Below, one piece after another: positions 52,747 through 62,891 of a DNA stretch of 64,000 nt. The number at the start of each line of letters is the position of its first letter. The stretch's first letter is position 1. The stretch lies in the NCBI GenBank assembly GCA_030141605.1, contig JAQGDQ010000270.1, positions 128,976 through 192,975 of the forward strand. Reading direction: 5' to 3'. This DNA comes from Tubiluchus corallicola. Lineage: Eukaryota > Animalia > Priapulida. The notes beneath the pieces were generated by a model. It was not told the DNA's origin. It did no database searches and saw only the letters and a list, made by a program, of their open reading frames with translations. A program made the position numbers and the translations under genes.

Positions 52747-53196
52747 TTACTTCCAAACCCGGCTTACAGATGAATAAATGATTGAAATAATAGCTCCAAA
52801 GAAAAGTATGTACGTTACGTATAATATAGTGTCAGTTGCTTTTGCCCACCACTCTGTTAAAATACCTTTTTTTACAAGTTCAGCTGCCCCAAAAAATTGA
52901 GGTATTTCTGAAGAGGCCATGGTATTGGCAGCTAAAAATACTGCAGCAATGATTCCAAAAGATATAATGCTCTTTTTAGCATTTGTTTTGGATGAAAACG
53001 TCTGGGTGATAGAGAATATCACAGCAATACCAATTGCAGTAAATAAAAGTACTTTCGCCCACCACAGGATTGTGTTTACACGCCCGTCCATACTCGGAGT
53101 ATCAACACTTTTTACTAACATCACGATAAGTACACCCGAGACTATCAATAGAGCCCACAGCACTATTGATAGTATTTTTGTTATTTTACTGTTCAT
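52747..53196 (-). CDS. Conserved 4-TM membrane protein of the exbB-x-exbD-exbD cluster
   Basis: 149 aa with four hydrophobic segments, located between exbB and exbD. Confidence 0.75.
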   Translation of the reverse strand: MNSKITKILSIVLWALLIVSGVLIVMLVKSVDTPSMDGRVNTILWWAKVLLFTAIGIAVIFSITQTFSSKTNAKKSIISFGIIAAVFLAANTMASSEIPQFFGAAELVKKGILTEWWAKATDTILYVTYILFFGAIISIIYSSVSRVWK

Positions 53197-53216
53197 ATAA
53201 TAATGTTAATATGCGG

Positions 53217-54011
53217 TTACTTCTTATGCTTATGTCTCACTAGTATATCCAGCAGAGTGATGGATGAATCCTCCATGTTGCTTACAATGCTATCAATTTT
53301 TGCAACGCAGTAGATGTAGAAAACCTGAAGTATAATTGCAACGATAAGTCCTGTTACGGTAGTGATAAGTGCTACTTTAATACCTCCAGCTACAAGACCA
53401 GGAGAGATATCTCCGGCAATTTCAATAGCGTCAAATGCTTCAATCATACCAATTACAGTTCCCATAAAGCCAAGCATTGGGGAGAGCGCTATGAATAGTG
53501 AAATCCAATTCAGTCCTTTTTCTAATAATCCGGATTGAACACCACCATATGATACAATTGATTTTTCCACTACTTCAATACCTTCGTCAACACGATCCAA
53601 TCCCTGGTAGAATATGGATGCGACAGGCCCGGATGTTTTACGGCACACATCTTTTGCCGCTTCAACTCCTCCTTCTTCAAGTGCATTTTCTACATTGTTG
53701 ATCAACTTCTTAGTATTTGTTGTCGCAAGGTTCAGATAAATCACCCTTTCAATGGCAAGAGCCAAGCCTAAAATCAGGCAAACAAGGACAAATGACATAA
53801 AAGTAGGGCCTCCTTCAATAAAGTATTGCTTCATTCTGCTATGCAGTGATTTGCCTCCTTCCATTGCTAGTGCAGCATCCTCCGCAGAATCGGCTAATAA
53901 ATCTTGAGATGCTTGTTCCGTAGTAGTTTCCCCTTCTTGCTCAACAGCCATGGCAGAGAGTCCAAAGCTGAGAGTTCCAAGAATTGCAACCAACGCAAAT
54001 AGCTTTTTCAT
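53217..54011 (-). CDS. exbB: MotA/TolQ/ExbB proton channel protein
   Basis: FIEGG, SPMLGFMGTVIGMI and GIKVALITTVTGL motifs. Start moved to 54011 (MKKLF). Confidence 0.92.
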   Translation of the reverse strand: MKKLFALVAILGTLSFGLSAMAVEQEGETTTEQASQDLLADSAEDAALAMEGGKSLHSRMKQYFIEGGPTFMSFVLVCLILGLALAIERVIYLNLATTNTKKLINNVENALEEGGVEAAKDVCRKTSGPVASIFYQGLDRVDEGIEVVEKSIVSYGGVQSGLLEKGLNWISLFIALSPMLGFMGTVIGMIEAFDAIEIAGDISPGLVAGGIKVALITTVTGLIVAIILQVFYIYCVAKIDSIVSNMEDSSITLLDILVRHKHKK

Positions 54012-54445
54012 AACTAGTTTCAAATTTTAAATTTTAAAATTAATAATAAAAACTGATAAGTTGTTTATTGTTCTTTTATGCAAGCTTTATTTCCATGAGA
54101 GTAAAATGAAGCCAGCAAAGTGAATGAACGTATTACTTAATCCCTCGGCAATGTAAATAATATTTTTAGTATTAAGAAATGTAAAACTATAAAAAAATAA
54201 ATTTTTTAATACATCTCTTTATAAAATCTAATCTATTATTTTTTAGATTAACTTAATATTTAGTGAAAATTTGTTAATAGATTTGTAGTGGTCATAAGAA
54301 GCAGGATGGGTGTTTGAGTTAAGAAATGCAATAATTTAATCATAGTAAATGTTATTTGCGCATTTTCTTTTTTGATCTAAATTAGGCTTAGTATTTAAGC
54401 TAAGTTTCCAGGTTCTAAGTTTTAATTAAAAATCGATTTAATTTT

Positions 54446-57112
54446 ATGGATTTTATTAAGAGGGTTTTCTATTTATGTGCTATAAGCCTTATTATTTTGT
54501 GTGGTTGTTCAAAACAACATCTTATAAATGACAGATCTTTGAGGAGGCAGGTCCATAAGGATTTTTTGGAGCGAAAGAAAAAGATCGCTAATGAGGATGT
54601 GTGGCAAGTTTTTGATAGTAAGGTAATAACATTGCCAGAGCGTGAGGCTTTAGAGTTTTTGTACGCTTATATGCCGCTTAATGATCTGGCAGATTATGAT
54701 GGAGAGTTTTTCCTGGAACAAGTTCGAACAACTTTAAAGGCGAGGGAAACTTTTAAGTGGGGTAAGGAGATTTCGGAGGAGCTGTTCCTTCATTTTGTAT
54801 TGCCCTACAGGATCAATAATGAGAACCTTGACTCTGCACGCACTGTATTTTTTAAGGAGTTAGCACCACGTATAGAGAGCCTGGAGTTGCGGGATGCTAT
54901 TTTGGAAGTTAATCACTGGTCTCACGAGAAAGTGAGCTACCAGGCTTCTGACAGGCGAACATCGTCACCTCTTGCTACACAAAGAAATGCTTTGGGGCGC
55001 TGTGGTGAGGAGACCGTTTTTACTGTTGCTGCCCTGAGAGCCGTTGGCATTCCGTCTCGTCAGGTGTATACGCCACGTTGGGCGCATACTGACGACAACC
55101 ACGCCTGGGTTGAAGCTTGGGCAGGTGGTACGTGGCACTATTTGGGGGCGTGTGAGCCTTCTCCTGATTTAAATATGGGGTGGTTTACTAATCCTACAAA
55201 GCGGGCTATGTTAACACATACAAAGGCTTTTGGAAATTATCAGGGAGCTGAAAGTGTGGCTAAGAGAGCCCAGTACTATACAGAAATTAATACGCTGGAC
55301 CATTATGCGCAGACTAAAAAGGTATATGTGCAGGTGGCGGATGCTGTTAACAAGCCCGTTGAGGCAACTGTTGTGTTTTATGTATATAATTATGCTGAGT
55401 TTTCTCCTCTTTTTAAGCAGCAGACTAACTCACAGGGATTTTGTGAGTTCATTACGGGTTTGGGGGATTTGCTGATATGGGCACATAGTGGAACTACATA
55501 TGGGTATCAGAAGGTGTCTGTAGGAGAGGTAGATACAGTTAAAGTGATACTGGATAGGGATGGAAGTAGAGGGAGGGAGTATGTTATTGAATACGATATG
55601 CGTCCACCTGTGGGAGATGCTTTTGGCAGTCTTGTTCCTCCCGAAGTTACAGAGGAACAAAAGCAGCGGAATAATATAAGATTGAAAGAGGAAGATGCTA
55701 TTCGTACAGGCTATGAAAGCACTTTTATAACAAAGGAAACGGCTTACAAACTGGCGCAAAAATACTCACTAGATAAAGAGAGGGTGTGGGCTATACTGAG
55801 TAAGAGCAGGGGAAATTGGAGGGAGATACAAAAGTTTATTGAGCACGCGCCTAGTTCTAAATTGGAATGGGTACTTCCATTTTTAGAGGTAATGGCAGAA
55901 AAGGATTTGCATGATATAACACAGAGGATAGCTGCCGAAGAGTTTAGCGGGGCATTTACATATTTTGATGCAGGGCAGGATAAGGATATGTTTATTAAGT
56001 ATGTGCTAAATCCTAGGATAAGGAACGAAATGATAGTGTCATATAAGAGCTATTTCCAGCAGGAGCTACCTCAGAGTTTCCAGAAAGAGGCAAGACAAAA
56101 TCCAGAAGTTTTATTCAGTTTTGTGAAAGAGAGTGTAAAGATAGATGAAGATGGTGTGTATTACAGCTGCCCTATTACTCCTATTGGGGTTAACAAGCTG
56201 ATGATGTCAAACGGAGAGTCTAGGGATATTTATTTTGTGGCTCTTTGCAGGAGTTTGGGTATTCCTGCTCGTTTGTCAAAAGGGATGGAGATACCACAAT
56301 ACTATTTTAACCGACAGTGGTATAATGCCGGTTTTATAGCCAATGAGTCTCCGACAAAGGTTGCGGGCGGATTTTTACAGTTGGGATATGATGTTACGGA
56401 TGGAGAGTTGGAGCCAAGGTACAGGCAGCATTTTTCTTTAGCCAAGTTTGATGATGGGGTTTACAAAACATTGAGGTATCCGTTTGCACAATCAGTCAAA
56501 GGTTTTTCTAAAAGCATTTCACTGGATGAGGGGAACTATCTTTTGGTTACAGGTAATAGGATGAAGGATGGTACTGTTTTGTCTCATTTGACCTTTTTCC
56601 CCATTGAAGAAAATATTACTAAAAAAATATCAATGACGATGAGGAGCTCTTCTGGCTTAGACAGACATATTTACGGAGAGATGAGTACAGATCTACCCTT
56701 ATATTCTTTCGAAAATAAAGAGGAGAAAACAGTTGGCAGCCTGTTTTCAAAACCGAACACTATTTTAATATGGCTGGAGCCGGACAGAGAGCCAACAAAA
56801 CATGTTTTGAACGATTTGAAGTCTTTACGTAATGAGTTTAGCAGGTGGGGCGGAAATATAGCACTGTTATTGCACAAGGATAAAATTACCTCTTCGTTTA
56901 AGCCGATGGATGGGCTGCCTACGAATAGTAGTTTTTATACTGACAAGGATAAGGCCGTGTATAGAGCAGTTGCTCAAGCTACAGAGAAGAGTTTAAGTGA
57001 GTATCCTATTGTACTGGTGCTGAATCGTGAAGGGGAGATGCTCTTTTTGTCGGAGGGTTATAAGATTGGCTTGGGTGAGCAGATGCTCAAAACATTGAAT
57101 ACTGGTGATTGA
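54446..57112 (+). CDS. Transglutaminase-like domain lipoprotein (two TG-like domains plus a C-terminal thioredoxin-like region)
   Basis: Lipobox LCGC and GRCGEET...HAWVEAW in domain 1. Domain 2 reads SNGESRDIYFVALCRSLGIPARL. Confidence 0.85.
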   Translation: MDFIKRVFYLCAISLIILCGCSKQHLINDRSLRRQVHKDFLERKKKIANEDVWQVFDSKVITLPEREALEFLYAYMPLNDLADYDGEFFLEQVRTTLKARETFKWGKEISEELFLHFVLPYRINNENLDSARTVFFKELAPRIESLELRDAILEVNHWSHEKVSYQASDRRTSSPLATQRNALGRCGEETVFTVAALRAVGIPSRQVYTPRWAHTDDNHAWVEAWAGGTWHYLGACEPSPDLNMGWFTNPTKRAMLTHTKAFGNYQGAESVAKRAQYYTEINTLDHYAQTKKVYVQVADAVNKPVEATVVFYVYNYAEFSPLFKQQTNSQGFCEFITGLGDLLIWAHSGTTYGYQKVSVGEVDTVKVILDRDGSRGREYVIEYDMRPPVGDAFGSLVPPEVTEEQKQRNNIRLKEEDAIRTGYESTFITKETAYKLAQKYSLDKERVWAILSKSRGNWREIQKFIEHAPSSKLEWVLPFLEVMAEKDLHDITQRIAAEEFSGAFTYFDAGQDKDMFIKYVLNPRIRNEMIVSYKSYFQQELPQSFQKEARQNPEVLFSFVKESVKIDEDGVYYSCPITPIGVNKLMMSNGESRDIYFVALCRSLGIPARLSKGMEIPQYYFNRQWYNAGFIANESPTKVAGGFLQLGYDVTDGELEPRYRQHFSLAKFDDGVYKTLRYPFAQSVKGFSKSISLDEGNYLLVTGNRMKDGTVLSHLTFFPIEENITKKISMTMRSSSGLDRHIYGEMSTDLPLYSFENKEEKTVGSLFSKPNTILIWLEPDREPTKHVLNDLKSLRNEFSRWGGNIALLLHKDKITSSFKPMDGLPTNSSFYTDKDKAVYRAVAQATEKSLSEYPIVLVLNREGEMLFLSEGYKIGLGEQMLKTLNTGD

Positions 57113-57167
57113 GGTAGTTTTTTCTTAACTTGTCAGCTAGATAGGTTTTTTTAAGGCTGAGAGTTTC

Positions 57168-57194
57168 AAAGCCTGTCCGTTTCCGGCAGGCTTT
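57168..57194 (+). terminator. Hairpin / probable terminator after the transglutaminase gene
   Basis: AAAGCCTG(T)CCG-loop-CGGCAGGCTTT. Confidence 0.55.
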
Positions 57195-57386
57195 AAAGTG
57201 GTTTATTCGAGGTGAGTGTTTTTTTAAGCTATTCCCGAAGATAAAACTGGGGCAGATCTGGGAAAAAGAGCGATGGGGCGTTGAACTATCGGCTGATTAG
57301 CAATAAGTTTTTGGTAGAGGTGGTTAAAATAAAGTGAGGATTTTATAAAACTCATATTTTTTTAATATTTTGTCAAAATCATATTT

Positions 57387-57472
57387 AAATTCCTCATTTT
57401 ACGTCAGTAAACTGCGGCTTTTTTATCGAATTTATTTTTTATATATGAATCAAAATCTTCGGCTTTACAAAT
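57387..57472 (+). repeat. Degenerate dispersed intergenic repeat (best-preserved copy)
   Basis: aaattcctcattttacgtcagtaaactgcggcttttttatcgaattt...gaatcaaaatcttcggctttacaaat. An inverted gtgaggatttt lies at 57334-57344. Confidence 0.75.
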
Positions 57473-57609
57473 ATTTATGAGGGCAAAGCGCTATAAGTTT
57501 AATAGAATTACCATATTAACCTAAACAGCATTTCGTATTTTTATTCTAGTTTGTGTTTAATAAAGTATATATAGCTTATAAATTAATTGTAATTTAAAGT
57601 TTAAATATT

Positions 57610-58698
57610 ATGAAAAGAGGTATTATTTATGTTCTGTTAGTTTTTGTTTTTTCAGCAATAAAGCTAAATGCTCAAGAAGCAAAAGAGCAGGTTAGTATTG
57701 GAGAGCTTGAGCCTTATATTTCAGCTTATATGAAGCCTTTTGCCGATGCCATGTCAATTAGTATGGGTGGTGGCTGGACGCATACAGCTGAAGTAAACAA
57801 CACCCTGGGGTTTTATATTACTTTTAATCTTTCTGCAGTTAAAATCCCGCAATCTAGTGGAACTTTTGATACCAGCGATTTAGATATGCCTGGCTATAGT
57901 TTCCCAGAAAGTACGGCTCCTACCATAAGTGGTAGTGGCACAGGTCCTGATGTTTCACGCGACTTTGATATAGAAGGGGCCCCTGATTTTTACTTTGCTG
58001 CACCAGATGGACTAGGATTAAATTATGGTGGGATGGTTGCTATTCAAGCGGGGATTGGATTACCTAAAGGAACAGAGGTTATAGGAAGGTTTATCCCTAA
58101 TATAAGTAAAACTATCAATGGTATTATGGACGGGGATGAGTTAAGCTTTAAAAAGATAGGTATGTGGGGGATAGGGGTTAAGCATGATATTAAGCAGTGG
58201 ATCCCTGTTGTTAAAGAGATACCTATTCTTCAAGTATCTGGGCTATTTACTTATTCCAGGCTTTATACAGACTTCTCCGGTTCGAACTTCCAAATTACTC
58301 CTGCGCACTTTGGTGCTTTGGACAACACAGAAGGAGGAGCCGAGACATGGAGTAATCAGAGGTTTAAAACAGATATATCTTCACTTACCGGATCTTTTTT
58401 GGTTGGTGCAAATATTCCGTTTTTTCAACCATTTATCGGGTTTGGGTTTGCATCTAGCCAGTTTGAGGGTGGTTATAAAGGGTACTACCCTGTTGTTGAC
58501 TTAGTTGTTAGTAGTGATAAACTTGAGTATGCGGTAAATGAGTTTGAAGAGGATCCATTGGATGTGGTATCAAGTGTTGATAATTTCAATTTTCAGGCAG
58601 GAGCCAGGTTGAAGCTTAGTGTTTTTGCTCTGCATTACCAGTATATTTTTCAAAAATATAGTATGCATACTTTGGGCCTTGCTGTTGGAATCAATTAG
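57610..58698 (+). CDS. Putative outer-membrane beta-barrel protein (DUF6588-like)
   Basis: Signal peptide, GGGWTHTA, IGLPKGTEVIGRFIP, WGIGVKHDIKQWIP and C-terminal beta strands. Confidence 0.65.
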   Translation: MKRGIIYVLLVFVFSAIKLNAQEAKEQVSIGELEPYISAYMKPFADAMSISMGGGWTHTAEVNNTLGFYITFNLSAVKIPQSSGTFDTSDLDMPGYSFPESTAPTISGSGTGPDVSRDFDIEGAPDFYFAAPDGLGLNYGGMVAIQAGIGLPKGTEVIGRFIPNISKTINGIMDGDELSFKKIGMWGIGVKHDIKQWIPVVKEIPILQVSGLFTYSRLYTDFSGSNFQITPAHFGALDNTEGGAETWSNQRFKTDISSLTGSFLVGANIPFFQPFIGFGFASSQFEGGYKGYYPVVDLVVSSDKLEYAVNEFEEDPLDVVSSVDNFNFQAGARLKLSVFALHYQYIFQKYSMHTLGLAVGIN

Positions 58699-58985
58699 TT
58701 GAAAGAGATTTGACAGACTAGTTGTAGCAGGAATCACTGTGTTATGATTCGTTGTTGATACTCAGTTTTTCAACTCTTCTGTCACAATAGCAGAGTTCAC
58801 TTGCGCCATTATAGGGGTCTGCATAACAACTGAGTTATATTTAAATCTCTTTCAAGGTTTAAATGCTGAACTATATAGCTTCGCGTTATTAAATGAATGA
58901 CCCAATAACAGAATAGTTTTGTAGGGATATAATATTTTTTTTCATAGTGAGTTTGGTTTTATTCATTTATATTGACTTCTACAGT

Positions 58986-59856
58986 TTATTTGCAAGAAGT
59001 CTGCAGTTTTAGAAATAGTGGCAAGTAAATTATGATTGCGAGTAATGAAAAAATTAATCCGCCCATTGCTCCAATGGCAAAAGCAAACCAGAGCACCTCT
59101 TTTTGTTGTTCGCCCCAGATAAAGGGTATAAGCCCGAGTACAGTTGAGAGTGTGGTTAAAAGTGATAGCTACTATTTTTTGTTAATTAATGGGGTCAATG
59201 TACTGTGTTGATAACAATACCGGAAATGAACCTTCTCTAATTTCCCGGAAAAGTGAGATTGCCTAGGCGGTTGATAACTGTACTTATTTACACAAGCACT
59301 ATTCCAAAGTTTTTTAATAGTTGTGGGTTGTAGCAAGTCTCTCATTGGTTAAGCGTGACACCGCATAAAGTTATTTCGGCAATACCTTCAATTTTTAACA
59401 GCTCTGGGATTACTAATTGTTCCGCTTTGTTTTTTATGTAGTGGGTTGATGAGTTGGTATTAAGGATAAGTACCATAAACGAGGCTTGGGTATCTCTCTG
59501 TTCTATGTTGGTGGTAATTTCGGGGTAGCTCATGCTGCCTGGGAAGTTGCTACGCAGTTGTCTTATAAGGCAGAAATTTCATAACGCTTCCGCTCCAGGT
59601 CAACATTTTTATCGAATTTAAGAGTAATATTACAACTACCTGCCAATGAGGTTGATTCTATAGACTCGATCTGACTGATTTTACCTAATACGCCCTCTAT
59701 TTTGGCTGTTTATTGCTCAATAATTTTTGGTGATGCAAGCCCAGGTAAATCGTACATTTAGTTGAGGTAAGCTACGGTTTTGTTTGTAGCGGATATCCAA
59801 CCGGGGGATAAAAGCTGCATCGATAATCATTATTTATTTGTTTTTTGAATTTTCAT
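58986..59856 (-). pseudogene. Decayed second RND efflux permease (AcrB/AcrD/AcrF family)
   Basis: The ATG overlaps the upstream stop (TAATG, 59854-59858). Broken N-terminal frames read AFIPRLDIRY...LPQLNVRFTW / ASPKIIEQ*TAKIEGVLGKI...LKFDKNVDLERKRYEIS / IRQLRSNFPGSMSYPEI. The C-terminal TM fragment LTTLSTVLGLIPFIWG...WFAFAIGAMGGLIFS...* lies at 59159-58986. Most of the middle is deleted. Confidence 0.85.
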
Positions 59857-62800
59857 TACTTCTTTCTCATTAACAAATAATACATCAATGGAATAAAGTA
59901 TAAACTCACCAAAGTTCCCAAAAGCATACCACCAATAATTGCAAGTGCCAATGGTCGCTGTAGTTCGGCCCCCATACCCTTTTGGAAGAGAAAGGGAGTC
60001 ATGGCCAAAATGGTGGTGATACTGGTCATTAATATGGGCTTTAAACGCCTTCTCCCTCCCTCCATAATTGCATGAATGAGTGATCTCGAATCTTTTAACT
60101 TGTTAATAGTGTCGATTTTCAGGATGGAGTCATTTATGATAATACCTGCCATGACAATAATCCCTATGGCCGACATGATGTTGATACCTGCACCAAAAAG
60201 CTTCAAAGCCAAAAATACCCCAAATAGGTCTATCGGAACTTCCAGTAAAACAACTACCGGTAATACAAATGATTCAAACTGGGCGGCCAAAATAAAATAT
60301 AGTAATAGCAGGCTTACTCCAATAATCAGTAATAGTTCACTTATCATTTCACGATTAGAAAGAATGGAGCCGCCAAAGCCCAGATCAAAGCTATCATGCT
60401 TAGAAGCTATCTGTTTAATTTTCTCTGAGACTGCTTTAAAATCATTGGGGTAAATTTCAAAGTCAACCGGAAAATACTCATTTTCTTTTCCAGCAACAAT
60501 TGATTTTAAGCCTGTTCCGGAGCTTATTTTAACCAATCCCGATAGCGGAATCTGTTTGCCGTTCTGGTTTTTAATTGAAATATTCTGAATGATTTCGTAC
60601 ACCGATTGAAATGAGTTGCCAATGTTTACCGGAATAAACACATTGTTGTTGTTAATGCTGAATATTGTGTTAACGTTGAAAGCCGATTTTATTTCGCGGT
60701 ACAGTTCGTCGTTATTTACCTGATAAAGCAATAGTTTTTCAGGATTGGCTTCCAGTAAAATCAGCTTCCGGGTAATTAATTTCGATTGAATGTCATCGCT
60801 ATATACATTTTCCAAATCTTTTAGAAGCAGTGTTAATTCATCAAGGTAGCCCTCGCTGCCCGGGTTAAAATGCGAGAAACGTGCGACTAAAGGGGCTTCT
60901 GATTTTCCAAATGCAAGGTTAAACAGATTGTCCGATTCGCTGAAAACAAAGTCGGCTTCCTGAAAATTCTCCTCCAATTGCTCCGTAAGTTCAGCAATGA
61001 GTTTGCTTAGTTCATTTGGTGAGGCACACTTAATAAACAGTTTATTTTCTGAGGTGCTGGTTTCCTCGCCGCTGTTTAATAGGTATTGTTGCCTTCCGGC
61101 TTCTTTAATAATATATTGAGATCTGGTTTTAATTCCCGAAAGCAATTGCTGTGTCCGAATGTTATTTTCGGCTAAAGTTATAGGCTCGTTCCAATCGATT
61201 TTCAGAATTGTATCTTCCTGGCTGACTTCTGGAAAACGTGAAGTTTCGAGCATCCTCCACAGAACAACCGCTCCACTCAGCAGCAGTAATACAAGAATAA
61301 CAGAGGTAAGCTGGCGACGCAAAACGAATTTCAATCCTGTCTCGTACCAATGGTAATAGTGAGGATATTTGACTTTTTGAGTTTCGGTATTTTGTTTTCG
61401 GTAAAATATACGATAAAGCGTAGGCAGTAGTGTAATGGATACAATTAATGAAATAGTCAGCCCTATTGAAACAGCTACAGCCTGGTCGAAGAAAAGTGCT
61501 CCAGCCATTTCTTTCATAAAAATCAGGGGAATAAAAACAGCGCAGGTAGTCAGTACCGAACTAATTAATGGACGTATAACTTCGTTGGTGCCATTAACAC
61601 AAGCCACATCCAATACCGAGTGTCGTTGACGGTGTTGAGTGATGTTATCTATTACAATAATGGAGTTGTCAAGCATCATTCCTATTCCCAAAATCAAACC
61701 TGAAAGCGAAATGATATTGATAGAGAGACCTGTCAGATAGAAAAGCAACAGGGCTAATAATAATGAAACCGGGATACTGATGCCAACGAGCCAGGGAGCC
61801 TTTCTTTCACGCAGAAAAAGAAATATGACAAAAAAGGCCAACAAACCACCAATCAACAAGCTTTGTCCAAGGTTGCTGATTGAGTACTGCAAAAGTTTCG
61901 ATTGGTCGCGGGTAACATTAAAATCCAAATCAGGGTAATCGGTTTTAAGATGTTCGATAAGATAATCGAGTTCCTTTTTAAGTTTAGCCATTTTTGCATC
62001 TGGCTGTTTAATAACCGCCATGCTAACCGCATTATTCTCGTTGAATTTTACATTTCCTTGCGGTTTTTGTGGTTGCAGGTTTATGTCCGCAATGTCAGAT
62101 AGTAAAACTACTTTGCCGTTCAGGTTAACCGGAACATTAGAAATATCAGACACATCGCGCAATCGGGTATTAAACCGGATGCTGTATTGGTACTGCCCAT
62201 CACGGATAAGCAGGTTGCCCAGGTCGATATTATTTTCGTGTAAAACCTGTTCCAGTTGCGAAATGGTAAACGAACCACTTTGAAGGTAGGCGGCGTGAGG
62301 CGTGATTTTTATTTCGGGATATTGCAGGCCGCTTATGTCAACCAGTGCGACTTCGGGGAGTTGTTCAAGTCGCTTACGGATAACCTGTCTGGTAAAATCA
62401 CTAAGCTGCAAAAACTCCTCTTTGTTACCTGTTAAAGTTTCCTTTTTTTTATTTACCATTAGGTAGAATACCGGAATATCAGAAGCACTGGCGCGAATAA
62501 CTTCCGGTCTACGTATGTCACGGGGCAGGAAACTCATTGCCTTATCCACCTTTTCGTTTACTTCAATAGAGGCTAAATCAATGGAAGTGCCGTGTCTGAA
62601 ACGAATCTCAATCCAAGCTGTACCATCACGTGTTTCACTTTTCATCGATTCCACATGGCTGACCTCTTTCAGCAAATTACGAATGGGTTTTACAATGGTG
62701 TTCTCCAACTGTCGGGAAGGCATCTCTGTTGAGGGAACCCGGATTGAAATAATCGGGATGTTGATATCGGGCATCAATGAAACCGGCAGATTGATTGTCG

Positions 62801-62876
62801 TTGCAATTCCAATTAAAAGGAAAGCAAGAAAAGCCATTGTTACTGCTATCGGACGATGGATAAGAAACTTTACCAT
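59856..62876 (-). CDS. RND efflux transporter permease (AcrB/AcrD/AcrF family)
   Basis: 1006 aa. FLIHRPIAV, GMMLDNSIIVIDNI, RRLKPILMTSITTILAMTP and LQRPLALAIIGG motifs. Confidence 0.95.
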   Translation of the reverse strand: MVKFLIHRPIAVTMAFLAFLLIGIATTINLPVSLMPDINIPIISIRVPSTEMPSRQLENTIVKPIRNLLKEVSHVESMKSETRDGTAWIEIRFRHGTSIDLASIEVNEKVDKAMSFLPRDIRRPEVIRASASDIPVFYLMVNKKKETLTGNKEEFLQLSDFTRQVIRKRLEQLPEVALVDISGLQYPEIKITPHAAYLQSGSFTISQLEQVLHENNIDLGNLLIRDGQYQYSIRFNTRLRDVSDISNVPVNLNGKVVLLSDIADINLQPQKPQGNVKFNENNAVSMAVIKQPDAKMAKLKKELDYLIEHLKTDYPDLDFNVTRDQSKLLQYSISNLGQSLLIGGLLAFFVIFLFLRERKAPWLVGISIPVSLLLALLLFYLTGLSINIISLSGLILGIGMMLDNSIIVIDNITQHRQRHSVLDVACVNGTNEVIRPLISSVLTTCAVFIPLIFMKEMAGALFFDQAVAVSIGLTISLIVSITLLPTLYRIFYRKQNTETQKVKYPHYYHWYETGLKFVLRRQLTSVILVLLLLSGAVVLWRMLETSRFPEVSQEDTILKIDWNEPITLAENNIRTQQLLSGIKTRSQYIIKEAGRQQYLLNSGEETSTSENKLFIKCASPNELSKLIAELTEQLEENFQEADFVFSESDNLFNLAFGKSEAPLVARFSHFNPGSEGYLDELTLLLKDLENVYSDDIQSKLITRKLILLEANPEKLLLYQVNNDELYREIKSAFNVNTIFSINNNNVFIPVNIGNSFQSVYEIIQNISIKNQNGKQIPLSGLVKISSGTGLKSIVAGKENEYFPVDFEIYPNDFKAVSEKIKQIASKHDSFDLGFGGSILSNREMISELLLIIGVSLLLLYFILAAQFESFVLPVVVLLEVPIDLFGVFLALKLFGAGINIMSAIGIIVMAGIIINDSILKIDTINKLKDSRSLIHAIMEGGRRRLKPILMTSITTILAMTPFLFQKGMGAELQRPLALAIIGGMLLGTLVSLYFIPLMYYLLMRKK

Positions 62877-62891
62877 GGTTTAGTTTTTATG

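Noticed and set aside
54024-54445. tRNA gene upstream of exbB, as often seen in Bacteroidales
   Set aside because: No cloverleaf, T-loop (GTTCGA) or D-loop motif found on either strand.
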